The translations under genes were made by a program, and so were the position numbers. Positions 36,168-46,138 of a stretch of DNA of 64,000 nt are shown piece after piece; the stretch's first letter is position 1, and each line of letters begins with the position of its first letter. This DNA is from an uncultured Fibrobacteraceae bacterium (GTDB taxonomy: Bacteria; Krumholzibacteriota; Krumholzibacteriia; LZORAL124-64-63). The stretch lies in assembly GCA_964437115.1 (NCBI GenBank), contig CAYTFE010000005.1, forward strand, positions 34,966 to 98,965, read 5' to 3'. Under the pieces are notes generated by a model. It saw only the letters and a list, made by a program, of their open reading frames with translations, did not search any database and was not told the DNA's origin.

Positions 36168-37946
36168 TTATTTTAACAACGTCAATCTGCCAGCCTGCTC
36201 AAACTGATCACTTGTAATTCTGAAGAAGTAATTTCCCGATGCAACTTTGTTTCCACCATTGTCATCGCCATTCCATCTCATCTGGTGAGTTCCTTCAATC
36301 AAGTAATTATCAATCAAAGTTGCTACCAACTGCCCCGAAATATTGTATACAACAACCGATGTTCTGCCAGGCCTGTTCTGAGAAAACTGAATTGTTGTCG
36401 ATGGGTTGAATGGATTCGGGTAACAGTTTACATCGGAAATTATCTGTCCAGGAATCTCATGCGGGACATTTGTAATGTCGCAGTATACAGGCAGTGCACC
36501 AATCAGACCACAGTCACCGTTATTTTGTTCTGAACAGGGGGAGCCGCAGAGAAGGAGTGGCAATTCAACAGTGTCATCGAACATTGGATCAAGACGCAGG
36601 TTGTTATTGATTATTAGTTGATCAGATATTCGATCAACCCAGTCACCGCCAGAGTTTCCAAAAATGTTACTGCATGAAATTGTGGCAAGGCCATCTTCAA
36701 TAATCTTGATACTCTCTCCAGCGGTCGAGAAAGCAATGATGGAGTTGTTTATATCAGCTGAAGATCTATATGTGAGAAAAATGCCTCCACCTTCTGCAGC
36801 GGAATTGGAAGTCAGCGTGCAGTTCAAAAGACTGATATTGGAGAAGTAGCATCGTATTGCGCCACCACGATTTGTTGTTGTGTTGTATTGGAAAACTGAC
36901 CTGGAAATATCAGCTGTTGAGTTGACGAAATTGATTGCCCCGCCACGATTTTCAGAACTGTTATTGATGAAATTGCAATCTGTTATGACTGCATCGGAAT
37001 TCCAGCAGTCAAATGCTCCGGCGCTATATTGCGTTGCAATATTTTGCACAAAATCACAGTTTCTCAAATAGGGGCTCGAGTCACTGGCAGAGTAGATTGC
37101 ACCACCGGAGTTGGCAATGTTGTTGAAAAAAGTACAATTCAGAAATTGGGCAGAAGCACCATATTCATAATAAATGGCAGCACCGGTTCTGGCCTGGTTG
37201 AAAGCGAAATAACAATTAAGGAATGTTGATGCATCGCCGCCGACTGAGTAAAACCCACCAGCACCAGCTGCTGTGGAGTTGGAAAGGAACTCACTGCCGA
37301 TTACTGAGATCTGGCAATTGTTGAAGAAGAATCCTCCGCCATCGCCAAGTGTGTTGTCAGTTGTGAATGCAGTGTTTTGAGAAACTTCACAGTTGCGAAT
37401 GGTGCCAATGCATTCTTTTGCCCAGATTGCGCCACCAGCTGCCCATAGTTCGTTTACAGCTCTGTTTGACCTGAACTTGCAGTCAACAATATCGAGAGTA
37501 CTTTCAAGTGCGCCAAGTCCGGCACCAGCAAAAGCAGTATTGTTGATGAAGGTACAGTTTTGGATAGAGATATTGGAATTAAGTGCGCGCACACCTCCGC
37601 CAATTGCATCGATCCATCCTTCAGAAACGTAGCCATTGCGGAATGTGATATTTTTGATTGTTGTCAGCTCGGAAAGATTGGAACAGTCAATAATTCTGCC
37701 CTGATTATCAGCAGAAATTGTGACATCGGCGGCGTTATCTGTGTCACCAGAAAGAGTAACTCCCGCTTTCATGATTATTCCAGATTCAGAATAGAGTCCG
37801 CTGGCAATTACAACTGTGTCACCTGAAGTTGCTGCATCGATACCGGATTGAATATCTGGAAAATCAGCAGGCACAAAAAAAGTTGATGACAGGCATTGGC
37901 TTGAAATCAGAAGCAGAGTTATAATTAGGGAACGTATATTTATCAT
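36168..37946 (-). CDS. Right-handed parallel beta-helix (GGA[I/F]-repeat) protein with FlgD-Ig CTD
   Basis: 'FFVPADFPDIQSGID'; many 'N.A..GGAI' repeats; CYPNPFNP CTD ending LTLLK; paralog of 17387-18982. Confidence 0.88.
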   Translation of the reverse strand: MINIRSLIITLLLISSQCLSSTFFVPADFPDIQSGIDAATSGDTVVIASGLYSESGIIMKAGVTLSGDTDNAADVTISADNQGRIIDCSNLSELTTIKNITFRNGYVSEGWIDAIGGGVRALNSNISIQNCTFINNTAFAGAGLGALESTLDIVDCKFRSNRAVNELWAAGGAIWAKECIGTIRNCEVSQNTAFTTDNTLGDGGGFFFNNCQISVIGSEFLSNSTAAGAGGFYSVGGDASTFLNCYFAFNQARTGAAIYYEYGASAQFLNCTFFNNIANSGGAIYSASDSSPYLRNCDFVQNIATQYSAGAFDCWNSDAVITDCNFINNSSENRGGAINFVNSTADISRSVFQYNTTTNRGGAIRCYFSNISLLNCTLTSNSAAEGGGIFLTYRSSADINNSIIAFSTAGESIKIIEDGLATISCSNIFGNSGGDWVDRISDQLIINNNLRLDPMFDDTVELPLLLCGSPCSEQNNGDCGLIGALPVYCDITNVPHEIPGQIISDVNCYPNPFNPSTTIQFSQNRPGRTSVVVYNISGQLVATLIDNYLIEGTHQMRWNGDDNGGNKVASGNYFFRITSDQFEQAGRLTLLK

Positions 37947-38051
37947 TGTTCTCCAAAGTCATTGTAACATTTAATAAAATATCTTGTCAAATTGATGGCT
38001 GTTGGCAGATACTTCGTGTCGCTGAATAACGTCACACCAAAGAGGAAATAA

Positions 38052-39074
38052 ATGAGCATCAACAGAAAACAGTTCACAGTTCTAATCTACGTATTCTTGT
38101 TAGTGATTCTATCCCAACTTGCTTTTGCTCACGGTATTTCCGATTCCGATAAGCAGGCTGTAGTTGAGGGTGGCAATCTGCGCTTCATCTCTCTTGGCGC
38201 AAGTCACATGCTCACTGGCTATGATCATCTCCTGTTCCTGTTTGGAGTAATCTTTTTTCTGACCGGGTTCAGGCAGATTGTAAAGTTCATTACTGCGTTT
38301 ACAGTTGGACATTGTATTACACTGGTTGCAGCAACATTTATGGGGATTTCTGCAAACTATTTTATTATCGATGCCTTGATTGCTCTGACAGTTGTCTACA
38401 AAGGCTTTGATAACCTCGATGGATTCAAAAAATTATTAAGAACAGCGTCTCCAAACTTGCTGCTGCTTGTTTTTATATTTGGCCTGGTACACGGCTTTGG
38501 ATTGTCTACCAGACTTCAACAACTGCCACTTGGCACCGATGGGCTGCTTCTCAAAATAATGTCATTCAACCTGGGTGTAGAAGTAGGGCAGATAGTTGCA
38601 CTTGCAGTAATGCTGGTGCTGTTGAACTTGTGGCGCAAAAGGCCATCGTTCAAGAGATTCAGTACAGTCTCAAATGTTGGGCTTGTGATTGCTGGTCTGG
38701 GGCTGTTTGCGTTTCAGATGCACGGATTTGCAAATGAAGAAATAGAATGGCAGGATACAATCACTGTCACAGTTCCAGCTGAAAACGGAATCGAATATAA
38801 AGTTTATGCTTACGAAGGTAATGAATTTGAATTTGCCTGGCAGACAGACTCAACAGAACTCTATTTCGATTTTCACGGCGAACCTGCTGGTGACACAACC
38901 GGTTATTTCAAAAGCTACAAAATTGCAACAAGTACAACTGACGCTGGTTCACTTGTTGCGCCGTTTGAGGGTATTCATGGTTGGTATTGGCAGAACAACA
39001 GTACAGAAGATGTTGTTGTGACGGTTAATGTCAAAGGGGAGTACCAGAGGATGGATACCAGCCCTGCCGAATGA
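38052..39074 (+). CDS. HupE/UreJ family membrane protein fused to a soluble C-terminal domain
   Basis: 'LGASHMLTGYDHLLFL', 'TAFTVGHCITL', 'FGLVHGFGL', 'FNLGVEVGQ'; C-terminal 'FDFHGEP...HGWYWQN' domain. Confidence 0.85.
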   Translation: MSINRKQFTVLIYVFLLVILSQLAFAHGISDSDKQAVVEGGNLRFISLGASHMLTGYDHLLFLFGVIFFLTGFRQIVKFITAFTVGHCITLVAATFMGISANYFIIDALIALTVVYKGFDNLDGFKKLLRTASPNLLLLVFIFGLVHGFGLSTRLQQLPLGTDGLLLKIMSFNLGVEVGQIVALAVMLVLLNLWRKRPSFKRFSTVSNVGLVIAGLGLFAFQMHGFANEEIEWQDTITVTVPAENGIEYKVYAYEGNEFEFAWQTDSTELYFDFHGEPAGDTTGYFKSYKIATSTTDAGSLVAPFEGIHGWYWQNNSTEDVVVTVNVKGEYQRMDTSPAE

Positions 39075-39095
39075 CAGGGCTGACAGTACAATTAT

Positions 39096-41804
39096 CTATC
39101 TGACCAGACTCAATCTTTGAGTCACAGTTTTTCCGAGGCCATCAGTCATCTTTAACATGTAAGTACCACTTGCAAGGTTACTGCCACTGTCTGTCTTGCC
39201 ATCGAAAGTTATGCTTCCAGAAACTTCAGTTACAAGATCGTTATGCAGTGTTCTGGTTTTGCGACCCATCATATCAAACAACTCGATAGTCAATTGTCCA
39301 GGCTCGGAAATTGTCCAGGAAATTGATGTGTGCGGGTTGAATGGATTTGGATAGATGGAAATCTGTGGTTCAACAATCACAGGCAATTCAACGGCAGTTA
39401 TTAAGTTGCCATCGTCAAAGGTTACATCATCAAAGAAGAAGCCTGTGCCAGATGTAGCGTCATCACTCTTGAGTACAAGTCTGAACTGGATTGCAAAATT
39501 GGCGTACTCTTCGATGTCAAACACAGCGCCTTGCCAGCCGTTGCTGTTGCCTGACCATGCAGGTTCCTCATCGAAAGCGCTGACATTGCCGTTGTATCCA
39601 TTCAGCGGAGTAATTGAGTGCCATTGGCTGTCAGACAATATCTGAAGTTGAACACCATCGACACCTTCTTCAGTGTCACACCAGTAATGAAGTGAAAGAA
39701 AAAGATGATCATAGGTGTAGAACGTGAAACTTGGTGCATAGACAATATCGTAGCTATCGGGGTCATAGCCGGTACCATCTGTGCCAACTCCCCAGCACTT
39801 GTTACTGCCGAAACCAGAGTTTGGTCCAGCTTGAGGAGTACCCCAGGTCCAGCTGTCGTCAGCGCATTCATACGATTCCCACCACAGCTCGAAGGTGTTG
39901 TCAGCCAATGCGAGTACAGTATAAACAGTTGATCGTTCGTTTGTGTCAACAGAGACCAGGTCAACTCCAAAGCCAGGTTCGTTGTCGAACAGCAGGTCAT
40001 ATGTGCCACCAACTGGTACACCACTTATCACAAATGAGCCGTCGCCTGCACTGGTGTCAGCAACCAGAGGTGAACCGACAACTGTACAGCGTGCATTTGA
40101 AGCAGTAGTACCATCTTCAGTTCTGATCATTCCTGAAATGTCGGTTGTCGGAATCAGAGCCAGTGTTGCATCAACAACAATGGTGTTGCTACTCAACAAA
40201 GTTACAACAGAATCAAGGGGAGTGTGGAAAAATGAACGAAACTCCAGAGTTTGAGGGCCATCGACAGTTGTGATTGAGTAAAATCCGGCTGCATCAGTTG
40301 TGGTTGTTGCACCAGTGCTTTGAACGGTAACTGTAACGTCTTGAACTGGTCCACCAGTATCAGATACAGTTCCTTCTACAGTACCGGTACCGGACTGAAT
40401 AGATTCCCAGGCTGCCAGAATATCAGGGCGAGGTCCAACATGATTCACACCGTTTTGAGGTGATCCTGTTTCTATCAGTACATCACGAATTGAAAATGCA
40501 TCAAGTGGCGTTCCCGATGAATCTTTTATTATTCCCTGCAACGCAACAACAGAACCTACAATGATTGGCGATGCACCACTGGTTCCACCAAAATTACTGG
40601 TGTACCATTCTTCCTCATTGCCACCCTGTAAGTCACCATAACCACAAGTAACAATGCTTGAGCCCCAGCCATTGACATCAACACGAGCACCGTAGTTGGT
40701 AAACCATTCCGGGTATCCGCTACTGGTTGCGGCACCACACATTATTGCCCCGGAGTCACGAACTTCGGGATCAAAAGTTGTCCCATAAATGGGGTCGTCC
40801 AGGTTCTGCTCACCATTACCAGCAGCTTCACAGACAATACGCCCGTTTGCAGTGATAACCTGTATAGCATCAAAGTTTTCCTGCCAGTATTCCATCGGTA
40901 CATAACCAAATTGGCCGGTACCATTTGAGTTTGGGCCAGGAGCATGAAGTTCGATAAGAATTACATCACCAACATCAAGAGCCAGCGAAGCTGTATAGAG
41001 TGCAGTAGCGACTGAAAGGGCTGCAATTGATACTCCACCAACTTCACATTCAGGAGTAATACCTCTAACGCCAAACCCGTTGTCACTACCACGAATCTCA
41101 CCAAGAACTGCAGTGCCGTGATCACGCCAACTTTGATCAGGGTATTGACCACCGGCAGTATAGAACGGTACAGGCAAATCTTCGTGATCCCAAAGCCATG
41201 CACCTTCAATGTCCAGCATCTGCATGTCGCCACCGCGAGCTCCAGGAATTCCATCAACCGCAAGTGCATTTACACCAACTGGTGGTGCACCAAGGTAACC
41301 CTGTTGACTTTGGTAGTTGGGAGTACGAGGTCCTCTTGGGGCAAGAATTTCAGGACCGGTGTAATCGCCGGTAAATGCATCGAAACCAAGCGATGCAGGA
41401 ACAGCTACCGGTTCCAGAAATGCAGTCTCGACATTGGGATCTTGGAGGATTTGTTCCAGCAGTTGCAAAAGTTTTTCTCTGTTCTGTGTGCCGGGATCAA
41501 TCACACCGTAACGATTCAGGTTTGGTAGTGTATGACCGACAATTTGTTCGCCACGCAATCGATCAGCATCAATAATTTCCATGCTTGTTGAAAAGCGTCT
41601 TGCCACCATTCCAAATGCTGTAGACAAGCCTCTCTGGCCAACAACGATACCGGACTCATCGCTGTATTTAACAACAATCTTGCCGGTGGGCGCCATGGTT
41701 TGCATCGACATAACCTGAGATTTTTCAGGTACAGTTCGTTGAAGTTCAGTTGCAAAAGATGAAGCCGCGAGAAGAAGCAGAAGAATTAGAATTATTTTAC
41801 GCAC
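39096..41804 (-). CDS. S8 serine peptidase with carboxypeptidase-regulatory-like repeats, jelly-roll domain and FlgD-Ig CTD
   Basis: DIEG (Asp), HGTAVLG (His), AAGNG, GGTSGASP (Ser); IYPNPFNP CTD ending LSLVR; GTG start. Confidence 0.88.
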   Translation of the reverse strand: MRKIILILLLLLAASSFATELQRTVPEKSQVMSMQTMAPTGKIVVKYSDESGIVVGQRGLSTAFGMVARRFSTSMEIIDADRLRGEQIVGHTLPNLNRYGVIDPGTQNREKLLQLLEQILQDPNVETAFLEPVAVPASLGFDAFTGDYTGPEILAPRGPRTPNYQSQQGYLGAPPVGVNALAVDGIPGARGGDMQMLDIEGAWLWDHEDLPVPFYTAGGQYPDQSWRDHGTAVLGEIRGSDNGFGVRGITPECEVGGVSIAALSVATALYTASLALDVGDVILIELHAPGPNSNGTGQFGYVPMEYWQENFDAIQVITANGRIVCEAAGNGEQNLDDPIYGTTFDPEVRDSGAIMCGAATSSGYPEWFTNYGARVDVNGWGSSIVTCGYGDLQGGNEEEWYTSNFGGTSGASPIIVGSVVALQGIIKDSSGTPLDAFSIRDVLIETGSPQNGVNHVGPRPDILAAWESIQSGTGTVEGTVSDTGGPVQDVTVTVQSTGATTTTDAAGFYSITTVDGPQTLEFRSFFHTPLDSVVTLLSSNTIVVDATLALIPTTDISGMIRTEDGTTASNARCTVVGSPLVADTSAGDGSFVISGVPVGGTYDLLFDNEPGFGVDLVSVDTNERSTVYTVLALADNTFELWWESYECADDSWTWGTPQAGPNSGFGSNKCWGVGTDGTGYDPDSYDIVYAPSFTFYTYDHLFLSLHYWCDTEEGVDGVQLQILSDSQWHSITPLNGYNGNVSAFDEEPAWSGNSNGWQGAVFDIEEYANFAIQFRLVLKSDDATSGTGFFFDDVTFDDGNLITAVELPVIVEPQISIYPNPFNPHTSISWTISEPGQLTIELFDMMGRKTRTLHNDLVTEVSGSITFDGKTDSGSNLASGTYMLKMTDGLGKTVTQRLSLVR

Positions 41805-41920
41805 AAGAACACTCCTAAGTGTCAGTTTGTTATTAGGCGGGAGGTATCATAAAAATATACACTATAAAACAGTTGTGGCGCAACTAGAGTGCGCAAACTA
41901 AGGTGTTGGCAGGAGGAATA

Positions 41921-42430
41921 ATGAGCACAGTTGTTTTTGCACACGGAAAATTAAGTACGCCCAAAAGTGGTAAGGTAAAACACCTTGCAAGTATTGCCCG
42001 GGATTATGGGCATCGAGTGTTGGTGCCTGACTATTCAGAAACTATTGACCCTGAACAACGACTGCAGATGTTGTGCGAGCTGCTTGAAAAGGAGCAGACC
42101 GATGACCTGATACTTGTTGGTTCAAGTATGGGCGGTTTCATATCAACAGTTGCAGCAACCCGATTCAATGTAAGCGGATTGTTTTTGATGGCGCCTGCGT
42201 TGTATCGGCCACATTATCCGCAGTACGACTATGAGGTACTGGCAGATTCTGTTACTGTGATTCATGGCTGGCTTGACGACGTTGTTCCACCAGATGCGTC
42301 AATTAAGTTTGCATCGTCCGGAAATTATCCGTTGCATATGTTGGTAGACGGGCATTCACTAGGTGAATCACTGGGAGTTATCGGTGGTTACTTCAGACTT
42401 ATGCTAAAAGAACTGGGGAAGAAAAAATGA
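41921..42430 (+). CDS. Small alpha/beta hydrolase (YqiA/YcfP-like)
   Basis: Start ATG 41921 behind AGGAGG; 'FAHG', GSSMGG, 'HGWLDDVVP', 'DGH'. Confidence 0.88.
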   Translation: MSTVVFAHGKLSTPKSGKVKHLASIARDYGHRVLVPDYSETIDPEQRLQMLCELLEKEQTDDLILVGSSMGGFISTVAATRFNVSGLFLMAPALYRPHYPQYDYEVLADSVTVIHGWLDDVVPPDASIKFASSGNYPLHMLVDGHSLGESLGVIGGYFRLMLKELGKKK

Positions 42431-42951
42431 AATACCTGTTACTGTTTTTACTAGTTGCCACTGTCTGTTTTGCACATCAGGATGAGCCACATTTTATTCA
42501 GGTCGATGAAGAAATTATTGGTGAAGTCACGCTCGCTGATATTGATAAAACTATTCTCGACTGGAGTGTTGAAGCCGAGATCTGGGAACCTGATTATGCG
42601 CTGGTTGATGAGTTAAGCAAAGTTGATTTCCCGGTTGGAATACTCTGTGTGCTTGGTACATGGTGCGGGGACTCTGTAAGGGAAGTGCCCCGATTTGTGA
42701 AGCTGCTCAAGGTGACTGAAAATCCGAATTTCAAATTGAAAATGTTGGCAGTTGGTCGCAAGGATAATGAGTTGGCACTGGAATGGGAAAAGCAAAATGG
42801 TTTTGAAGTTGGAGTACGAGCTGAATATGACATCGAGTTTGTACCAACTTTTATATTTTACAAAGATGGCGTTGAGATTGGTCGCATAATCGAGACACCT
42901 GAGATTTCACTTGAGATTGACATGGCTCACATAATTGGAGATGCAAAATGA
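42427..42951 (+). CDS. Exported thioredoxin-fold protein (CxxS)
   Basis: Signal peptide; GTWCGDS; 'VPTFIFYKDGVEIGRI'. Confidence 0.85.
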   Translation: MKYLLLFLLVATVCFAHQDEPHFIQVDEEIIGEVTLADIDKTILDWSVEAEIWEPDYALVDELSKVDFPVGILCVLGTWCGDSVREVPRFVKLLKVTENPNFKLKMLAVGRKDNELALEWEKQNGFEVGVRAEYDIEFVPTFIFYKDGVEIGRIIETPEISLEIDMAHIIGDAK

Positions 42952-44708
42952 ACGCAAAGCAAAAATTGAAAGCAATCCGCGAGTTGATGAAAAAGAATGG
43001 ACTGAACGCTTATTACATTCCAAGTGTTGATCCACATCAAAGTGAGTATCTACCTGAATGCTGGAAGCGCAGACATTGGCTAAGTGGTTTCAACGGCTCA
43101 GCTGGCGACCTGGCAGTCACAACAACAAAAGCTGCTTTGTGGACAGATTCCCGATATTTTTTGCAGGCAGAAATACAACTTGCAGGCAGTGGTATTGAAC
43201 TGATGCGCATGGGCGATCCTGGAGTTCTGGCAATGGAGCAGTGGGCTTGCAAAGTGCTGAAAAAAGGGCAGGTCCTGGGTGTTGACCCTGCGGTTATGTC
43301 GGTCAATGCAGCAATGTCACTGGAAACCTCACTCAATAGTGAAGGCATTAAAGTAAAATATGTTGCCCGTAATCTCGTTGATCAGCTTTGGAAAGATCAG
43401 CCTGAAAAGTCCCTTGCACCATTGCAACTGCATGCCAAAAAGTTTGCTGGTGAATCAGCAATAAGCAAACTGAAGCGACTTCGCGATGAAATGAAAAAAG
43501 GAGACTATGCAGCGCAGATAATTGGTGCGTTGGATGAAATCGCCTGGCTGTTCAATATCAGAAGCAGCGACATTCTCTGCACTCCGGTTGCAATCAGTTA
43601 TGCAATTGTCACTCGAAGAGGCGCAACCCTCTACATCGATGAAAGAAAAGTCAGCAAAAGTGTACGCAAGTCTCTTGCAAAATATTTGAAGATCAAATCT
43701 TACAAAGATATTGGCAGCGATCTGAAGAAGCTGAAAAATGCAAAAGTTCTGGCCGATCCTGCAACTACCAACAAGTGGATAGCAGATCATCTTAAGAACT
43801 CCGCTTTCAGCACATCGCCAATTGTTGCAATGAGAGCAATCAAGAATCCGGTGCAGATTGAAGGACTGAAAGAAGCTCATCGACGCGATGGTGTTGCGCT
43901 GGTCAAGTTCCTCAAATGGCTTGAAGCTGCAGTTCCAGAAGGTGGCGTCACTGAAATGTCAGCTGCAAAAAAACTGACTGAGTTCAGAGCTGAAGACAAG
44001 ATGTTTCGCGATATTTCTTTCGATACAATCAGTGGCTACGCAGGCAACGGCGCCATTGTGCATTACACAGTTACTGAAGAATCCAGCAAGGATCTCAAAC
44101 CACACGGTCTGTACCTGATTGACTCAGGTGGACAGTATCCCGATGGCACAACAGACATCACCAGAACAATTGCACTGGGCAAACTGACCAAGCGTGAAAA
44201 GAAAATGTACACGCTGGTTCTCAAAGGGAACATCAACATCACGATGACTCCATTCCCGGATGGAATGAGTGGACAACGACTGGAAATTCTTGCCCGTCAA
44301 CCGCTGTTGCAGCACTGTGCGAACTACGGTCACGGAACTGGTCACGGTGTTGGCCATTACCTTGGAGTTCATGAAGGACCGATGTCAATATCACCTCGCG
44401 ATATTGCGAATGTCCATTTGCAGACCGGACATTTTCTATCGATTGAACCTGGTCACTATGAAGCTGGAAAATTTGGTGTCAGAATTGAAAACCTGGCGTT
44501 TGTTGCAGACAAAAAACCGGGCTGGATGGAGTGGGATGTGGCAACGCTATGTCCAATCGACATGACACCAATTGATATTGATCTGATGTTGCCGGGAGAA
44601 TTGAACTGGCTCAATAAATATCACAAGCGTGTTTACAAAGAGCTTGCACCGATGCTGGATGCTGAGCATAAGAAGTGGTTGAGAGGGAAGACCAAAAGCA
44701 TAGGGTAA
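42948..44708 (+). CDS. Xaa-Pro aminopeptidase (M24B, aminopeptidase P)
   Basis: 'DPHQSEY', 'WTDSRY', 'DSGGQYPDGTTDITRT', 'HGTGHGVG..LGVHEGP', 'IEPG', 'GVRIEN'. Confidence 0.95.
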   Translation: MNAKQKLKAIRELMKKNGLNAYYIPSVDPHQSEYLPECWKRRHWLSGFNGSAGDLAVTTTKAALWTDSRYFLQAEIQLAGSGIELMRMGDPGVLAMEQWACKVLKKGQVLGVDPAVMSVNAAMSLETSLNSEGIKVKYVARNLVDQLWKDQPEKSLAPLQLHAKKFAGESAISKLKRLRDEMKKGDYAAQIIGALDEIAWLFNIRSSDILCTPVAISYAIVTRRGATLYIDERKVSKSVRKSLAKYLKIKSYKDIGSDLKKLKNAKVLADPATTNKWIADHLKNSAFSTSPIVAMRAIKNPVQIEGLKEAHRRDGVALVKFLKWLEAAVPEGGVTEMSAAKKLTEFRAEDKMFRDISFDTISGYAGNGAIVHYTVTEESSKDLKPHGLYLIDSGGQYPDGTTDITRTIALGKLTKREKKMYTLVLKGNINITMTPFPDGMSGQRLEILARQPLLQHCANYGHGTGHGVGHYLGVHEGPMSISPRDIANVHLQTGHFLSIEPGHYEAGKFGVRIENLAFVADKKPGWMEWDVATLCPIDMTPIDIDLMLPGELNWLNKYHKRVYKELAPMLDAEHKKWLRGKTKSIG

Positions 44709-44735
44709 ATCTTTTATGGGTCGAGAAGGACTCGT

Positions 44736-44912
44736 ATGAAGCTTGCTTACAAAATTAAGATTACTCTGCCATGTATTCTGATATTTGGCTCAGTTGGAGC
44801 TTTGATTGCAGGCACTAGTGGTGGTGACCTTAATTGGATTAGAGCCGGAATTATATTCGGTGGAATTGTGGCATTCTTTATTCTTAAACGGAAGCAATCC
44901 GGCGCAAGTTAA
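44736..44912 (+). CDS. Small 58-aa two-TM membrane protein (absent from the ORF track)
   Basis: GAAGGA RBS; MKLAYKIKITLPCILIFGSVGALIAG...RAGIIFGGIVAFFILKRKQSGAS*. Confidence 0.55.
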   Translation: MKLAYKIKITLPCILIFGSVGALIAGTSGGDLNWIRAGIIFGGIVAFFILKRKQSGAS

Positions 44913-44960
44913 GATATCGATTTCTGTTGGAAATATTCTCGATACGGAGATTGATAAACA

Positions 44961-45805
44961 ATGATTAAAAAGCATTTTCTGCAGTACTCATTTGTTGCAA
45001 TTATTTTGTGTTTTCCCGTTTTGTGTTTTGGGTCCAGCCTTGATGCCTTTGTGTTGGCCATTCAACATTTTGATCCCGATCATGAACTGGGAATAGAATA
45101 TGAAGGCGAAGAAGTTGAGCTCATGCGTCAGGTTTTGTCAGAGGCGCAGGAATCTGTGCCAGCGATTGCCGGAGTGCATGTCCGTGTAGATGGTTCATTG
45201 CAATCAGAATTCGGGCCATCGATGTTTCGTTCGCTAAGGGTTATACCTCAGGGAAAATTATCTGCCAGATCAGATGCAGAAGTAGCTGGGCTGAGGAAAA
45301 TCAGTGAATCCATTGGGCTGGGTTGCAGATATGATGAGCAGACTAATAACACGCATCGTTCAAACAAGTTTACATCGATTACTAAACAGATACGATGGGA
45401 TATAGGCCGAGATTGTAATGAGGAAGAAGACGGCCGCCTCTGTGAGAATGTGGAAATAGTTGATTGGCTTTGCTCCCTTGGCGTCGGATCAGTAACTCTC
45501 AGGGAACATGAGTATAAGACCATATCTTCTGCTGAGCTCTCCCTCGGATATAATAGTCTGGTTGATCTTGAGTACTGTGCAAAACGATTGGCGACGGACC
45601 AACTATGCGCGTTGTACCCACTGCTGGTTTGGATGGTTATCAAGGAGTCAGGGTTGAGTTCTCAATCGGTTGGAATGATTGTGAGGGAGGCTGTATTAAT
45701 AGACATTTTTGGTTGTTTGAGTATCGAGTTGAAGGTCACCATGCCGGCAATGACTGGCCGCTGGTTGGTGGCTTGATTGAAGAGAGCGGGGATCCGCTTT
45801 ATTAG
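44961..45805 (+). pseudogene. Exported hypothetical protein with probable frameshift near 45580 (C-terminal GWNDCEGGC motif lies in another frame)
   Basis: ORF 44961-45776 starts with a signal peptide. The overlapping frame from about 45584 reads TIGDGPTMRV...SIGWNDCEGGCINRHFWLFE...EESGDPLY*, which looks more protein-like than the in-frame tail. Confidence 0.5.
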
Positions 45806-46138
45806 GGTACTTTTAGGTGAAGTTAAACGTCAGGCAATTAATGGGAGCTCATTTTGATTAATGCAGGCGCTACTGAGGACACGCTAATTGTACTTAATTG
45901 TGACGATAAAACTAGTCGACAGGTAATGGTGGATTTCTTTGGCGAGCTGAATAAAGGTGGTTTTAAAAGGATATCGTTGTTACAAGCAGCTAGTAGCGAT
46001 AATTGAATGTGTTGTCATTAACGAAGTAAATTTTCATATAAAAAAACCTGAAAACAACCCACATATTTCATCTGTTTTACTTGATTTTCAAAACCAGTAT
46101 ATTATATTTATATCATCTCCCAGAAATGCGATAAGACT

